Below, piece after piece: positions 1-12,447 of a stretch of DNA of 64,000 bases (positions are counted from its first letter, which is position 1; each line of letters starts with the position of its first letter). The stretch is from Mustelus asterias (lineage: Eukaryota): the NCBI RefSeq assembly GCF_964213995.1, contig NW_027590163.1:248001-312000 (forward strand), read 5' to 3'. A model generated the notes under the pieces. It was not told where the DNA came from. It worked only from the letters and a program-made list of their open reading frames with translations, and ran no database searches. The position numbers and the translations under genes were made by a program.

Positions 1-984
1 TGAGCCACTTGCCTACTAGGTTGGGCGGCATCCAAACATTGCTGCCCATGGGATCCTGCTGTGCATGAATGACCTGTAGCATATACAGAACTGCAAATGA
101 TCACCACACAACTTAAAAGGCAAATTTGGGAGCGGGATGGGATAAAATCCAAAACCCTGGCCTTGGTGAAGGTTTGCTCTCAATCCCTGTGTCCTGGTTG
201 CATTTTTAAACAGGGTGCTGCGATTTGCAGGATTTATTAATTTTTGTGGGGGAGTGGGGAGGGAATGTGGTTCAATATCGCTGCCTCTGTCCCCACAACT
301 TTTCCTCTCTCTCTCCAACCATTTGCATCAATGTTGTATCCTGTAATTAATGTGAAATAAAATCCCAGTGTCATTTGTTTTTTCTTATTTTTGTGGGGTG
401 TATGGCGGATGTGCAGACGGGACAGATGGCGGTGAACAGTGGTTCTCTTTTCTCTGTCGCCCCTTCCATCCGTGTGTGGGATATTTTGGGGCTGGAAAGG
501 ACAGTTCCCTTTCACTGGGGTGGGGAGAATCCTGTTCTTTGTCCCCAAGGTTTATTGCAACCTCTGGGACTGGGTCTCAATTCAAAGCCTAATCTCAGGG
601 GCCTCAGCATACCTTTTCCATTCGCTTCATTCCATACAGTGACTGTGTTTAATTTTATGAGATCAATCGTCAAATAAAACTGCAGCAGCCGCGGCAATTC
701 ATTTCACTCAGGATGCAATTGTCGGTGTTCCAACTCTCTCACCCAACGTTCTCGTTAGATTGTGGTACCAGTGAGGGAGAGAGAGAAAAAGAGGAGGGTG
801 TAAGAGAGAGAAAAAAAAAAGTCCCAGAGGAAGGGAGAGGTGAGAAGATAAATTGTCGGGGGGGGGGGGGGGGAGGGGGGGGAGGGGGGAGGGGTGTGGT
901 GGGCGGGGGGAGAGGGGACGTTTTTAGGGGGTCCTCCACTGTTTCTTTCCAGGCGAGCTCCCCAGTCATTGAAACATACAAAAT

Positions 985-1745
985 CGTGGCTGATCATCAA
1001 ATTTAATAACTTGTTTCACCCTTACCCCAAATCCTTTGATTTCTTTTGTCCCGAGAGCTATGTCTAATTTATTTTTGAATTCACAGAATTCCTGTGAATT
1101 CCGCGCATTCATTACCGCTCTGACTGAAGAAATTTCTCCTCACCTCAGTTGTAAAAAGATTTGTCCTGATCAGACTTTGACAGCTGGTTCTGGACTAACC
1201 CACCATTTGTAACATTCTTTCTGAATCGACCCTGTCTAATCCTATTTGAATTTTATAAGTTTCTATGAGATCCCCTCTCACTATTCTGAATGCATTTGCC
1301 TTAACAACATTCGGTGGAAGTGAATTTCACGCATTTTACAATCTCTGATTGAATAAATTTCTCTTCACCTCAGTCCGAAAAAGTTTGTCCCTAATTCTAA
1401 AACTATGACCCCTCATTCTCGACTCCCCCACCACTGGTAACATTCTTTCTGAATCGACCCAGCCTCATTCTTTTAGAATTTAGTAAGTTTCTATGAGGTC
1501 CCCTCTCACTCTACAAATTTCCATTGAATATAACCCTAACCAATCTAATCTCTCCTCATATGACAGATCTGCCATCCTAGGAATCAGCCTGGTATGAGGT
1601 CGCTGTACTCCCTCTCTAGCAGGGACATCCTTCCTCAGATAGGGACACCAAAACTGTACACAAATCTCCAGGTGTGGCCTCACCGATGCTCTATAAATTG
1701 CAGCAAATCATCCCTACCCCTCAATAGGAATCAAATCGCTAGGAA
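985..1745 (-). mobile_element. Stacked degraded CR1 LINE 3' fragments
   Basis: ORF 1480-1683 encodes RPHLE.CVQFW.P...RGDLIETY (CR1 ORF2 C-terminus); two successive copies of the 3' end are visible. Confidence 0.8.
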
Positions 1746-3281
1746 AGCTGAGAACATAGAACATAGAACAGTACAGGCCTTTCGGCCCACGATGTTGTGC
1801 TGAACCTTTTCCTAAACGAAGATCAAGCTATCCCACACCCAATCATTCTAGCGTGCTCCATGTGCCTATCCAATAACCGCTTGAAAGTTCCTAAAGTGTC
1901 TGACTCCACCATCACAGCAGGTAGTCCATTGCACACCCCAACCACTCTGAGTAAAGAACCTACGTCATACATCCCTCCTATATCTTCCACACGAACCCTA
2001 TAGATATGCCCCCCAGTAACAGCTACATCCACACAAGGAAATAATCTCTGAACGTCCACTCTATCTATCCAGCTCATCATCTTATAAACCTCTATTAAGT
2101 CGCCTCACAACCTCGTCTGCTCTAAAGAGAAAAGCCCTAGCTCCCTCAAACTTTCCTCATAAGACTTCCACTCCAAACCAGGCAGCATCCTGATTAATCT
2201 CCTTTGCACTCTGTCCAGTGCTTCCACATCCTTCTCATAGTGAGGTGACCAGAACTGCACACAATATTCCAAATGTGGTCTCACCAAGGTCCTGTACAGT
2301 TGCAGCATATCCACACGGCTCTTAAACTCAAACCCCCTTTTAATAAACGCTAACACACTATCGGCCTTCTTCACGGCTCTATCCACTTGAGTGGCAACCT
2401 TCAGAGATCTGTTGACCTGAACCCAACGATCTCTCTGTTCCTCCACATTCCTCAGAACCCTACCTTTGACCCTGTAATCCGCATTCAAATTTGCCCTACC
2501 AAAATGAATCACCTCGCACTTATCAGGGTTAAATTCCATCTGCCATTTTTCGGCCCTGCTCTGCATCCTATCAATGTCTCGTTGCAGCCTACAACAGCCC
2601 TCCACCTCATCCACTACTCCACCAATCTAGGCGTCATCCACAAATTTAATGATCCACCCTTCAGCCCCCTCCTCCAAGTCATTTATAAAAATCACGAACA
2701 GCAGAGGACCCAGCACTGATCCTTGTGGTACACCGCTGGTAACTGGTCTCCGGTCTGAAAATGTTCCATCCACCAGCACCCTCTATGAGATAGCCAGTTA
2801 CCTTTCCAATCGTCCAAATTTCCCTCTGTCCCACACCTCCTTACTTTCTTCATGAGCAATCCATGGGGGATCTTATCAAACGCCTTACTAAAATCCATGT
2901 ATATGACACCAACAGTCTACCTTCATTGGCACACTTAGTTACCTCCTCAAAAAATTCAATCAAATTCGTGAGGCAAGACATACCCTTCACAAATCCGTGT
3001 TAACTATCCCGGATTAAGATGCATCATTCTAAATGGTCATAAATCCTATCCCTCGGGACCTTTTCCATTAACTTACCGACCACCGAAGTAAGACTAAACG
3101 GCCTATAATTACCAGGGTCATTCCCATTTCCTTTCCTGAACAGAGGAACGACATTCGCCACTCTCCAGTCCTCTGGCACTATCCCCGTGATGTGGAGATG
3201 CCGGCGTTGGACTGGGGTAAGCACAGTAAGCAGTCTCACAACACCAGGTTAAAGTCCAACAGGTTTATTTGGTAGCAAATA

Positions 3282-3318
3282 CCATAAGCTTTCGGAGCAA
3301 TGCTCCTTCGTCAGATGG
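3282..3318 (-). ncRNA. Minimal hammerhead ribozyme motif in the Penelope pseudo-LTR
   Basis: Reverse complement reads ccat-CTGACGA-a-ggagc-att-gctcc-GAAA-gctt-atgg. Confidence 0.75.
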
Positions 3319-3939
3319 AGTGGTCTCTGTTCTCAAACAGGGCACAGACACAGTAATCAAATTACAGAATACTGATTAGAATGCAAATCTCTACAGCCAG
3401 CCAGGTCTTAAATGCACAGACAATGTGGGTGGAGGGAGCATTCAACACAGGTTCAAGAGATGTGTATTGTCTCCAGACAGTACAGCTTGTGAAATTGTGC
3501 AAGTCCAGGAGTCAAGCTGTGGGTGTTACTGATAATGTGACATAAATCCAACATCCCGGTTTAGACCGTCCTCATGTGTGCGAAACTTGGCTATCAGTTT
3601 CTGCTCAGTGACTCTGCGCTGTCGTGTGTCGTGAAGGCCGCCTTGGAGAACGCTTACCTGAAGATCCAAGGCTGAATGCCCGTGACTGCTGAAGTGCTCC
3701 CCCACAGGAAGAGAACAATCTTGCCTGGTGATTGCCGAGCGGTGTTCATTCATCCGTTGTCGTAGCGTCTGCATGGTTTCCGCAATGTACCATGCCTCGG
3801 GACATCCTTTCTTGCAGCGTTTCCTCCACCCACATTGTCTGTGCATTTAAGACCTGGCTGGCTGTAGAGATTTGCATTCTAATCAGTATTCTGTAATTTG
3901 ATTTCTGTGTCTGTGCCCTGTTTGAGAACAGAGACCACT

Positions 3940-3976
3940 CCATCTGACGAAGGAGCATTGCTCCGAAAGCTTATGG
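3940..3976 (+). ncRNA. Minimal hammerhead ribozyme motif (inverted pseudo-LTR copy)
   Basis: ccat CTGACGA a ggagc att gctcc GAAA gctt atgg: conserved core, 5-bp stem II, ccat/atgg stem I, palindromic AAGCTT in place of a full stem III. Confidence 0.75.
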
Positions 3977-6745
3977 TATTTGCTACCAAATAAACCTGTT
4001 GGACTTTAACCTGGTGTTGTGAGACTGCTTACTGTACTATCCCCGTGGACAGTGAGGACCCAAAGATCAAAGCCAAATGCTCTGCAATCTCAGCCCTTGC
4101 CTCCCAAAGAATCCTAGGATATATCTCATCTAGCCCAGGGGACTTAGCGACCTTCAGGTTTCTCAAAATTGCTAATGCATCTTCCCTCAGAACATCTGCC
4201 TCCTCCAGCCTATCAGCCTGTATCACACTCTCATCCTCAAAAACATGGCCCCTCTCCTTGGTGAACACTGAAGAAAAGCATTCATTCATCGCCTCTCCTA
4301 TCTCTTCTGACTCCATGCACAAGTTCCCACTACTGTCATTGACCGGCCCTAACCTCACCCTGGTCATTCTTTTATTCCTCACATAAGGGTAAAAAGCCTT
4401 GGGGTTTTCCGACCCGCCAAGGACTTCTCATGCCCCCTCGATCTCCTTAGCCCTTTTTGCAGCTCATTCCTTGCTAACTTGTAACCCTCAAGCCACCCAA
4501 CTGAACCTTATTTTCACATCCTTACATACGCTTCCTTCTTACCCTTAACAAGACATTCAACCTCTTTTGTGAAGCACTCGGGCTCACTCGGCCATTTCCT
4601 CCCGGCCTGACAGGGGCATACCAATCAAGGACACGCAGCATTTGTTCCTTGAACAAGCTCCACTTTTCATTTGTGCCTTTCCCTGACAGTTTCTGTTCCC
4701 ATCTTATGCTCCCTAACTCTTGCCTAATTGCATCATAATTATCCCTCCCCCAATTATAAACCTTGCACTGCCGTACGGCCCTATCCCTCTCCATTTTAAT
4801 AATGAATGACACCGAATTGTGGTCGCTATCTCCAAAGTTCTCTCCCACAACCAAATCTAACACTTGGCCTGGTTCATTTCCCAGTCCCAAATTCAATGTC
4901 GCACCACCTCCTGTCGGCCTATCAACATATTGTGTCAGGAAACCCTCCTGCACACACTGTGCGAAAGCTGCCCATCCGAACTATTCGACCTATAAAGGTT
5001 CCAATCAATATTTGGAAAGTTCAGGTCACCCATGACAACTACCCTGTGGCCTCCACGCCTATCCAGAATCTGCTTTGCAATTTCTTCCTCCACATCTCTA
5101 TTACTATTTGGGGGCCTATGGACAACTCCTAACAACGTGACCGCTCCTTTCCTATTTCTAACTTCAGCCCATATTACCTCAGTAGGCAGATCCCCCTCGA
5201 ACTGCCTTTCTGAAGTTGTTAAACTATCCTTGATTAACAATGCTACTCCACCACCTCTTTTACCACCTTCCCTACTCTTACTGAAACATCTATACCCCGG
5301 AACGTCCAACAACTATTCCTGTCCCTGTTCTAACCATGTCTCCGTAATGGCCACAACATCGTAGTCCCAAGTACCAATCCACGCTCCAAGTTCACCTACC
5401 TTACTTCGGATGCTCCTTGCATAGAAGTAGACACACTTCAACCCACCTTCCTGTCTGCCAGTACACTCCTGCGACCTTGATATCTTCCTCAATACCTCAC
5501 AACACTCAACACTGACTTCTGGACGACAGCTCCTTTTCCCATCCCCCCGACAAATTAATTTAACCTCTGCCCCGAAGTGCCAGAGCAAATTTCCCTCCCA
5601 GGATATTGGTGCACCTCTGGTTCAGGTGCAACCCGTCCTGTTTCTACACGTCCCACCTTCCCCAGAATGAGTTCCAATTACCCATGTAGCTGAAAGCCTC
5701 ACTCCTGCACCATCCCTGCAGTCACGTGTTTATGTGCACTCTCTCCCTATTGCTCAACTCGCTACCACGTGGCACCTGCAACAAACCAGAGATGACAACA
5801 TGATTTGTCTTGGCTCTCAGCTTCCACCCTAGCTCCTTAAATTTCTTTTTAAAATCCCCGTCACTTCTCTTACCTATGCCGTTGGTACCGATGTGTGCAA
5901 CGACTTGTGACTGTTCCCACTCCCCCTTAAGAATCCTGAAAACACGGTCCGAGACCTCACGCACCCTGGCATCCGGGAGGCAACATACCATCAGTGAGTC
6001 CCTTTTGCTGTCACAGAACCTCTTATCTATCCCTCTAACTAACGAGTCCCCAATAACTTTTGCTCTTCTACTCTCCCCCTTTCCCTTCTGAGCCCCAGGG
6101 ACGGACTCAGTGCTGGAGATCCGGTTACCATGGCTTACCACTGGTAGGTTGCCCCCTCAACTGTATCCAAAGCGGAATACTTGCCGTGGGGAATGACCAC
6201 AGGGGATCCCTGCACTGACTGCTTCCTCCCAGCCCCTCTAACCGTCACCCATCTATCTTCATTCCTCGGAGTGCCTATATCCCTGAAGCTTCTATCTATG
6301 GCCACCTCTGCCTCTTGAATGACCCGAAGTTCATCCAGCTCCAGCTCTAGTTCCCTAATGCGGTTTTTGAGGAGCTGCCGATAGGTGCACTTCCCACAGG
6401 TGAAATCAGCAGGGACATGACGGCGTCCCTCACCTCAAACATACTGCAAGAGGAGCATTGCATTGCTTTGCCTTCACTTCCATCCCCTCTAGGTAACTTG
6501 CTAATACAACAAGAAAGAAAGAAAGAGCTGACCTGATATTTACTCACCCCCTTTAGGTTAGAGGAGGTGGAAGGGTGCGGGACACTTGGTGTAGTGCCTC
6601 GGGTTTAGGAACCACCCAACTTATATACAGGTAAAAATAAAACACTTAACCAGCAACCACCGCGACCCGCACTATAAAAGCAAACTCCAAATCTTCCCAG
6701 AACTCCCCACGGCCGACTTCCGGTTTCCTGCTGCTTTGAAAAAAA

Positions 6746-6893
6746 GTAAGTTAGTTTTATACTCACAGTTACGCTCAGCTCCGCCCTCCGACAGCTCCCT
6801 GCAGACGAGGCCGCGGATCCCCGAGGTAAGTTAGTTTTATACTCACAGTTACGCTCAGCTCCGCCCTCCGACCGCTTCCTGCAGACTTGGCCG
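6746..6893. repeat. About 80-bp tandem duplication in the CR1 5' UTR
   Basis: gtaagttagttttatactcacagttacgctcagctccgccctccgac starts at 6746 and again at 6826. Confidence 0.9.
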
Positions 6894-6904
6894 AGACTAG
6901 ACTA

Positions 6905-7900
6905 AGCTTGCAGACCATCTGGCTCCATTACTGCCTGCTGTACCTGCCTGGTTCCTTGCAGTGAATGATGCATGAGTAGACCAAGGTTTTGATAAGAATC
7001 CACCTCTCTCAATTTACACCCATTCAAGAAATAACCTGTCATCCTAATATTCCTACCAGAGTCGATATCCTCACAGTGATCCACATTAAACTGCATTTGC
7101 CATGCGTATGACCACACCCTCAGTCTGTCCAAATCACACTGAATATTCTCTGCATCCTCCTCACAGTTCACCCTCCCATCCAGCTTTGTACCATCTGCAA
7201 ATTTGGAGATGATGCATTCAGTTCCCCCTTCTGGAAGACTAAATAAACTACACCCACTTGTTCCACTCGGTCAACTCTAATAGTTCCATCCTGAAACAAT
7301 TCCAAGATATTCCAATCATGATTTCCCTTTTGTAAATCCATGCTGACTTTGTCTGATTATGACACTACCTTCCAAATGCCGAGTTATGAAATCCTTGAAA
7401 TTTGACTCTTGCAACTGCCCCAGCACCGACGTTGGGCTCACTGGTCTATAGATCACTGTTTTCTCTCTGCGGCCTTGTCTGAATACCGGGCTTGCATTTG
7501 CTATCCTCCAATATGTAGGAATCAGCCCAAAGTCTAATAAAATTGGAAAATAAGCGCCATTGGATCTGCTATTCCCAGGAAGACTTCCTTAAGTACTCTG
7601 GCATGAAGCTTATCAGGGCCTAGAGATTTACACACCGTCAATCACATCATTTTCCCCAAAACCATTTCTCTACAAATTCAAATTTCCTTCAGCTCCTCTC
7701 AAAAACCTGATTCTCTCAGATCATTTGGTACATTATTCGTGTCTTCCTTTGTGAAGATCGAAGCAATGTACAATTTAATTCCTCGACTATTACTTTGCTC
7801 CCCGGTATGGGATCTCCCATTTAAGACTGCAAAGCTCCTAGTTTGTCAATCTGTTCCTCTTTACATTTTTTGAAGTCAGCTGTTAGGTTCTCCGGTAGTT
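6905..7900 (-). mobile_element. Old degraded CR1 ORF2 fragment
   Basis: ORF 6902-7171 DLDRL..W...WQMQFNVDHC. Confidence 0.75.
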
Positions 7901-7904
7901 TACT

Positions 7905-9648
7905 TTTATACTTGTGCGTGGAGCCTGAAGAGATAGGAGAGGCGCTAAATGAATATTGTTCGTCAGTATTCACGCAGGAAAAAGACAATGTTGTCGTGGA
8001 GAATACTGAGATACAGGCTACTGGACTAGACGAGATTGAGGCTAATAAGGAGGAGGTGTTAGCAATTCTGGAATGTGACTGGAAAGTCGCCTGGGCCGGA
8101 TGGGATTTATCCTAGGATTCGCTGGGCGGCTGGGGAGGAGATTACAGAGCCTTTGGCTTTGATCTTTATGTCGTCATTTTCTCCAGGAATAGTGCCAGAT
8201 GACTGGAGGATAGCAAATGTTGTCCCCTTGTTCAAGAAGGGGAGTAGAGACAAACCTGGTAATTATAGACCAGTGAGCCTTACTTCTGTTGTGGGCAAAG
8301 TTTTGTAAAGGATTATAAGAGATCGGATTTATAATGACCTACAACTGAATAATTTGATTAGCGATAGTTAACACGGTTTTGTGAAGGGTAGGTCGTGCCT
8401 CACAAATCTTATTGAGTTCTTTGAGAAGGTGACCAAAGAGCTGGATGAGGGTAAATCAGTCGATGTGGTGTATATGGATTTCACTAAAGCGTTTGATAAG
8501 ATTCCCCACAGTAGGCTATTGCAGAGGATACGGAGGCATTGGATTGAGGGTGATTTGGCGGTTTGGATCAGGAATTGTCGAGCTGTAAGAAGACAGAGGG
8601 TGTTGGTTGATGGGAAAGGTTCATCCTGGAGTTCAGTTACTAGTGGTGTACCGCAAGGATCTATTTTGAGGCCACTGTTGTTTGTCATTTTCATAAATGA
8701 CCTGGATGAGGACGTAGAAGGATGGGTTAGTCAACTTGCGGATGACACTAAAGTCGGTGGAGTTGTGGACAGTGCGGAAGGTTGTTGCAGGTTACAGAGG
8801 GACATAGAGAAGCTGCAGAGCTGGGCTGAGAGGTGGCAAATGGAGTTCAGTGCGGAAAAGTGTGAGGTGATTCACTTTGGAAGGAGTAACAGGATTACAG
8901 AGTACTGGACTAATGGTAAGATACTTGGTAGTGTGGATGAACAGAGAGATCTCGGTGTCCATGTGCATAGATCCCTGAAAGTTGGCGACCAGGTTGATAT
9001 GGTTGTTAAGAAGGCGGATAGAGTGTGAGCTTTTATTGGTAGAGGGATTGAGTTTCGGAGCCATGAGGTCATGTTGCACCTATAAAAAACTCTGCTGCGG
9101 CCGCACTTATAGTGCGGCCGCAGCAGAGTATAGTGTACAGTTCTGGTTGCCACATCATAGGAAGGATGTGGAAGCATTGGAAAGGGTGCAGAGGAGATTT
9201 ACCAGGATGTTGCCTGATATGGTGGGAAGGTCTTATGAGGAAAGGCTGAGGGTCTTGATGTTGTTTTCGTCAGAGAGAAGAAGGTTAAGAGGTGACGTAA
9301 TAGAGGCATGCAAGATGATCAGAGGATTAGACAGGGTGGATACTGAGAAAAGTTTCCTCGGATGGTGATAGCTACCACGAGGGGTCTTAGCTTTGAATTG
9401 AGGGGTGGTAGATATAGGACAGATGTCAGAGGTAGTTTCGTTCCTCAGAGAGTAGTAAGGGCGTGGAATGCCCTGCCTGCAGCAGTAGTGGACTCGCCAA
9501 CATTCAGGGCATAACTGGTCATTGGATAAACATATGGATGACATTGGAATAGTGTAGGTTAGATGGGCTTCAGATTGGATTCACAGGTCGGCGCAACATC
9601 GAGGGCCTAAGGGCCTGTTCTGCGCTTTAATGTTCTATGTTCTACTCT
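7905..9648 (+). mobile_element. 5'-truncated CR1 LINE (RT region to 3' tail)
   Basis: [34 protein letters not shown]; ends in a TTCTATG-type tail. Confidence 0.92.
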
Positions 9649-9859
9649 ATTTTTCTTTCCTTAATCAATCCCTTCCTTAATTAATCCCTTCCTTCTCCCA
9701 AAAGGTTGGATTTGTAATCAGTGATTGTGTTCCTGAGGGTGAATCTGAGATGTGTTTCAGCTTTTCATTAATTCACACTTACACTTGTGTTTTAAATTTG
9801 GCTGCTATCACATTGCAGTGTGATTGTGGGATCTTGCTGTGCAAGATGACCAGCAGGAT

Positions 9860-10300
9860 TTCTGAACTGACCCAGGAACATATTATTTTCTTGAAAACCC
9901 CTCTAACCTTCTGCTCCTGACTTTAATTTACAAACCTTGGAGATTGACCCCTCTGCTATGGGGATAAAGTTTCTTCTTAACTATCCTGTCCATGTTCCTC
10001 CTACATTTGTACACGCCAGTGGTGACCACGCTCGGTGTTCACTGATTAAAGGAAAGCAACCCTAGCCTAACCAGCCTATCTTCACTGCAGAAACACTGCA
10101 GCTAAGACAACATTCTGGTGAATCACATTTGCGTTCCTTCTGGAACAATCACATCCTCCTTCCAGTGAGGCCACCAGAACTCCCCACAGTACTCTCGCTG
10201 AAGAGCGTTTCATACATCTCCATCATGACCTCTCTGCTTCTATCTTCTACACATGCGCTAATAAAGAAAATTGTCATGTCTGCCTTCTTAAGCATCTGAT
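9860..10300 (-). mobile_element. Degraded CR1 3' fragment
   Basis: ccagaactccccacagtactc and neighbouring motifs match the CR1 LEYCVQFW region on the minus strand. Confidence 0.6.
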
Positions 10301-10531
10301 CATCAGAAGTTACCCACTGGAATGGAAAAGAACAGAAGGTTTATGTTTTCTCTTGAGTTTAAGCAGAAATTAAGTTTTATAAACATCCAAAGAACAGTTG
10401 TCCAGTCACAACCACAACAGAAAAAATAAATAAATAAGTGAACTAACTTCAAAAGATTAAAAAAAACACAGGATATGATAAACCGCATTTAGCACATATT
10501 CCAAAATTAAGATCATTCTTGACAGATTTCC

Positions 10532-11012
10532 ATAAGACCATAAGACCATAAGACATAGGAGCGGAAGTAAGGCCATTCGGCCCATCGAGTCCACTCCACC
10601 ATTCAATCATGGTTGATTTCAACTCCATTTACCCGCTCTCTCCCCATAGCCCTTAATTCCTCGAGAAATCAAGAATTTATCAATTTCTGTCTTGAAGACG
10701 CTCAACGTCTCGGCCTCCACAGCCCTCTGTGGCAATGAATTCCACAGACCCACCACTCTCTGGCTGAAGAAATTTCTCCTCATCTCTGTTCTAAAGTGAC
10801 TCCCTTTTATTCTAAGGCTGTGCCCCCGCGTCCTAGTCTCCCCTGTTAATGGAAACAACTTCCCTACGTCCATCCTATCTAAGCCGTTCATTATCTTGTA
10901 AGTTTCTATCAGATCTCCCCTCAACCTCCTAAACTCCAATGAATATAATCCCACGATCCTCAGACGTTCATCGTATGTCAGGCCTACCATTCCTGGGATC
11001 ATCCGTGTGAAT
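10532..11012 (-). mobile_element. Young CR1 3' end with (CCATAAGA)n tail
   Basis: Uninterrupted ORF 10619-11002 (LGLYSLEFRRLRGDLIETYK-like, WNSLP); 8-nt tandem tail at 10532-10555. Confidence 0.92.
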
Positions 11013-11049
11013 CATTGAATAATTTTAGCAATTATCAGGAACGATATGT

Positions 11050-11500
11050 CCGATGTTCGACACATTTTATTTCTAGATGTCTTCAGTAAGTTAAGGCTGA
11101 ACAGACTATGAGTAATCTCAGAGCAAGTGGAGTTAGAGGACCAGTGGCAGAATGAATAGAAGCTGATTACAAAGACATAACACAAGAAATTGGAGTTAAG
11201 AGGATTTTATTTGATTGTTGGAAGGTGGGAAGTGGTTTTCCAAAGGATCAGCGATGGGATAACTGTCCTTCACCATTTACATCAACAATATGGAAGCAAG
11301 AAGCAAAATGATAATTTCTGATCAGAACAATATCTTTCACAATCACTCTATAGAATTCAAGTATCTGAATGTTTTCGAGGAATTTAGGGGTTCAGGTGAT
11401 CAGATTCACAAATCGCTTAAGCAAGCAACACAGTTTAGACATATCCATAACAAACCAGAATTAAAAAAAAAACATTGGAGTCCATTTATAGATTAATGGA
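11050..11500 (+). mobile_element. Very old CR1 RT remnant
   Basis: Degenerate GVPQGSV/FTIYIND-coding DNA near 11230-11290. Confidence 0.5.
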
Positions 11501-12314
11501 AACGTGAACAAAACACAACATTTTTGAAATACAAATCACAGAAAACTGCTTGGTTTGTAATTGGTTTGCTTAAATATCAGGAACTAGCTGACACCTGTTT
11601 CTTCTCAATACATAACTGACTTACCAAGGAATTTCACATCACACACTGACCACCAAACATTAAAGCAAAGCCAAACTCAACATATTCCAAAGATAAAAGA
11701 CTCAGACAGCTCCACAGAATGGACATCTCACTCACCAACTTAATATAGTATATATTTAAAATTGAACCAAATTATTTCATTCCAATTCTTTTCAGAAACA
11801 CAATACAATCCTTCATGGACAAATGGTGCCAGATTTAATGGAGACTTTGATCAGATATTCCATTCAGGTGAAAGAAACACAAGAAGTACAATTTTACACT
11901 GGCAAATATACCCTGCAATACTTGTTCACTGGATGTCAGGTATTCCGCTTTGGTTCGTGATGCACACTCAAATTTCGATTATATTCTTACTCCCACTAAA
12001 CAATATTTAAGAGAGATCACCTTCACTGAGCTCCAATCTTACAATAGATAACATTAAATAGTTCACTACTCAATACATTAACTTCATTGAGTCGTGAGCC
12101 CGTGAGTAACATACAAAGGCTCATTGTCAGTTGATGGAAATGATTAAAAACACAGATATTGCCAGGCGTTTGATTTAAATGAATTGAAACTCTCACGTAG
12201 TTTCTTTATAACAGTGACAATGAGATCAGCATGGAGCATTTTCGGTCAGAGTTTAAAAGCAGAGAGCGGCTCACACAACAGATTTACACAACCTCAATGG
12301 TGAGAGTCACTTAC

Positions 12315-12375
12315 CAGGAACACCAATAATGGCAATGATTGGGTAGAACGTTTTTTCAGCCAGGTCAGTATGCAT
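12315..12375 (-). CDS. Exon 1 of a second GPR139-like GPCR paralog (MHTDLAEKTFYPIIAIIGVP); its exon 2 was not found in the window
   Basis: gaagATG start; 20 codons plus 1 nt, then G|GTAAGT phase-1 donor; same layout as exon 47500-47569; TATA-like motif about 65 nt upstream. Confidence 0.75.
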
Positions 12376-12438
12376 CTTCAGTGTGAAGTGATGTGTCCCT
12401 TCGAGCTGCTGGCAGTCCCCCTGTCTTTAATATCTGAC

Positions 12439-12447
12439 ATTATATAT
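12439..12447 (-). promoter_or_regulatory. Putative TATA box of the GPCR paralog exon 1
   Basis: Minus strand reads ATATATAAT about 65 nt upstream of the ATG. Confidence 0.45.

Larger units (their letters stand above)
3190..4035 (-). mobile_element. Penelope-like element: GIY-YIG endonuclease C-terminus between inverted pseudo-LTRs, with 12-bp target site duplication
   Basis: ORF 3526-3846 YIAETMQTLRQRMNEHR...HF...EQKLI..F.T..DGLN; about 210-bp inverted repeats at 3224-3435 and 3822-4035; TSD ACTATCCCCGTG at 3178-3189 and 4036-4047. Confidence 0.92.
1750..6900 (-). mobile_element. Near full-length CR1 LINE (5' UTR, ORF1 zinc-finger/esterase, ORF2 APE-RT), frameshifted and interrupted by a Penelope insertion
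   Basis: (ATAGAAC)n tail at about 1755-1770; ORF pieces QCSSCSMFEV, IGDSLVRG...AHIGTN (SGNH esterase), VAITETWL, GGGVALLI, MGDLNFP, SDHN, DFSKAFDK, WQMEFNPDKC. Confidence 0.93.

Noticed and set aside
330-780. Possible host exon in the non-repeat sequence at the window start
   Set aside because: Short overlapping ORFs with no recognisable domain or consistent splice pair.
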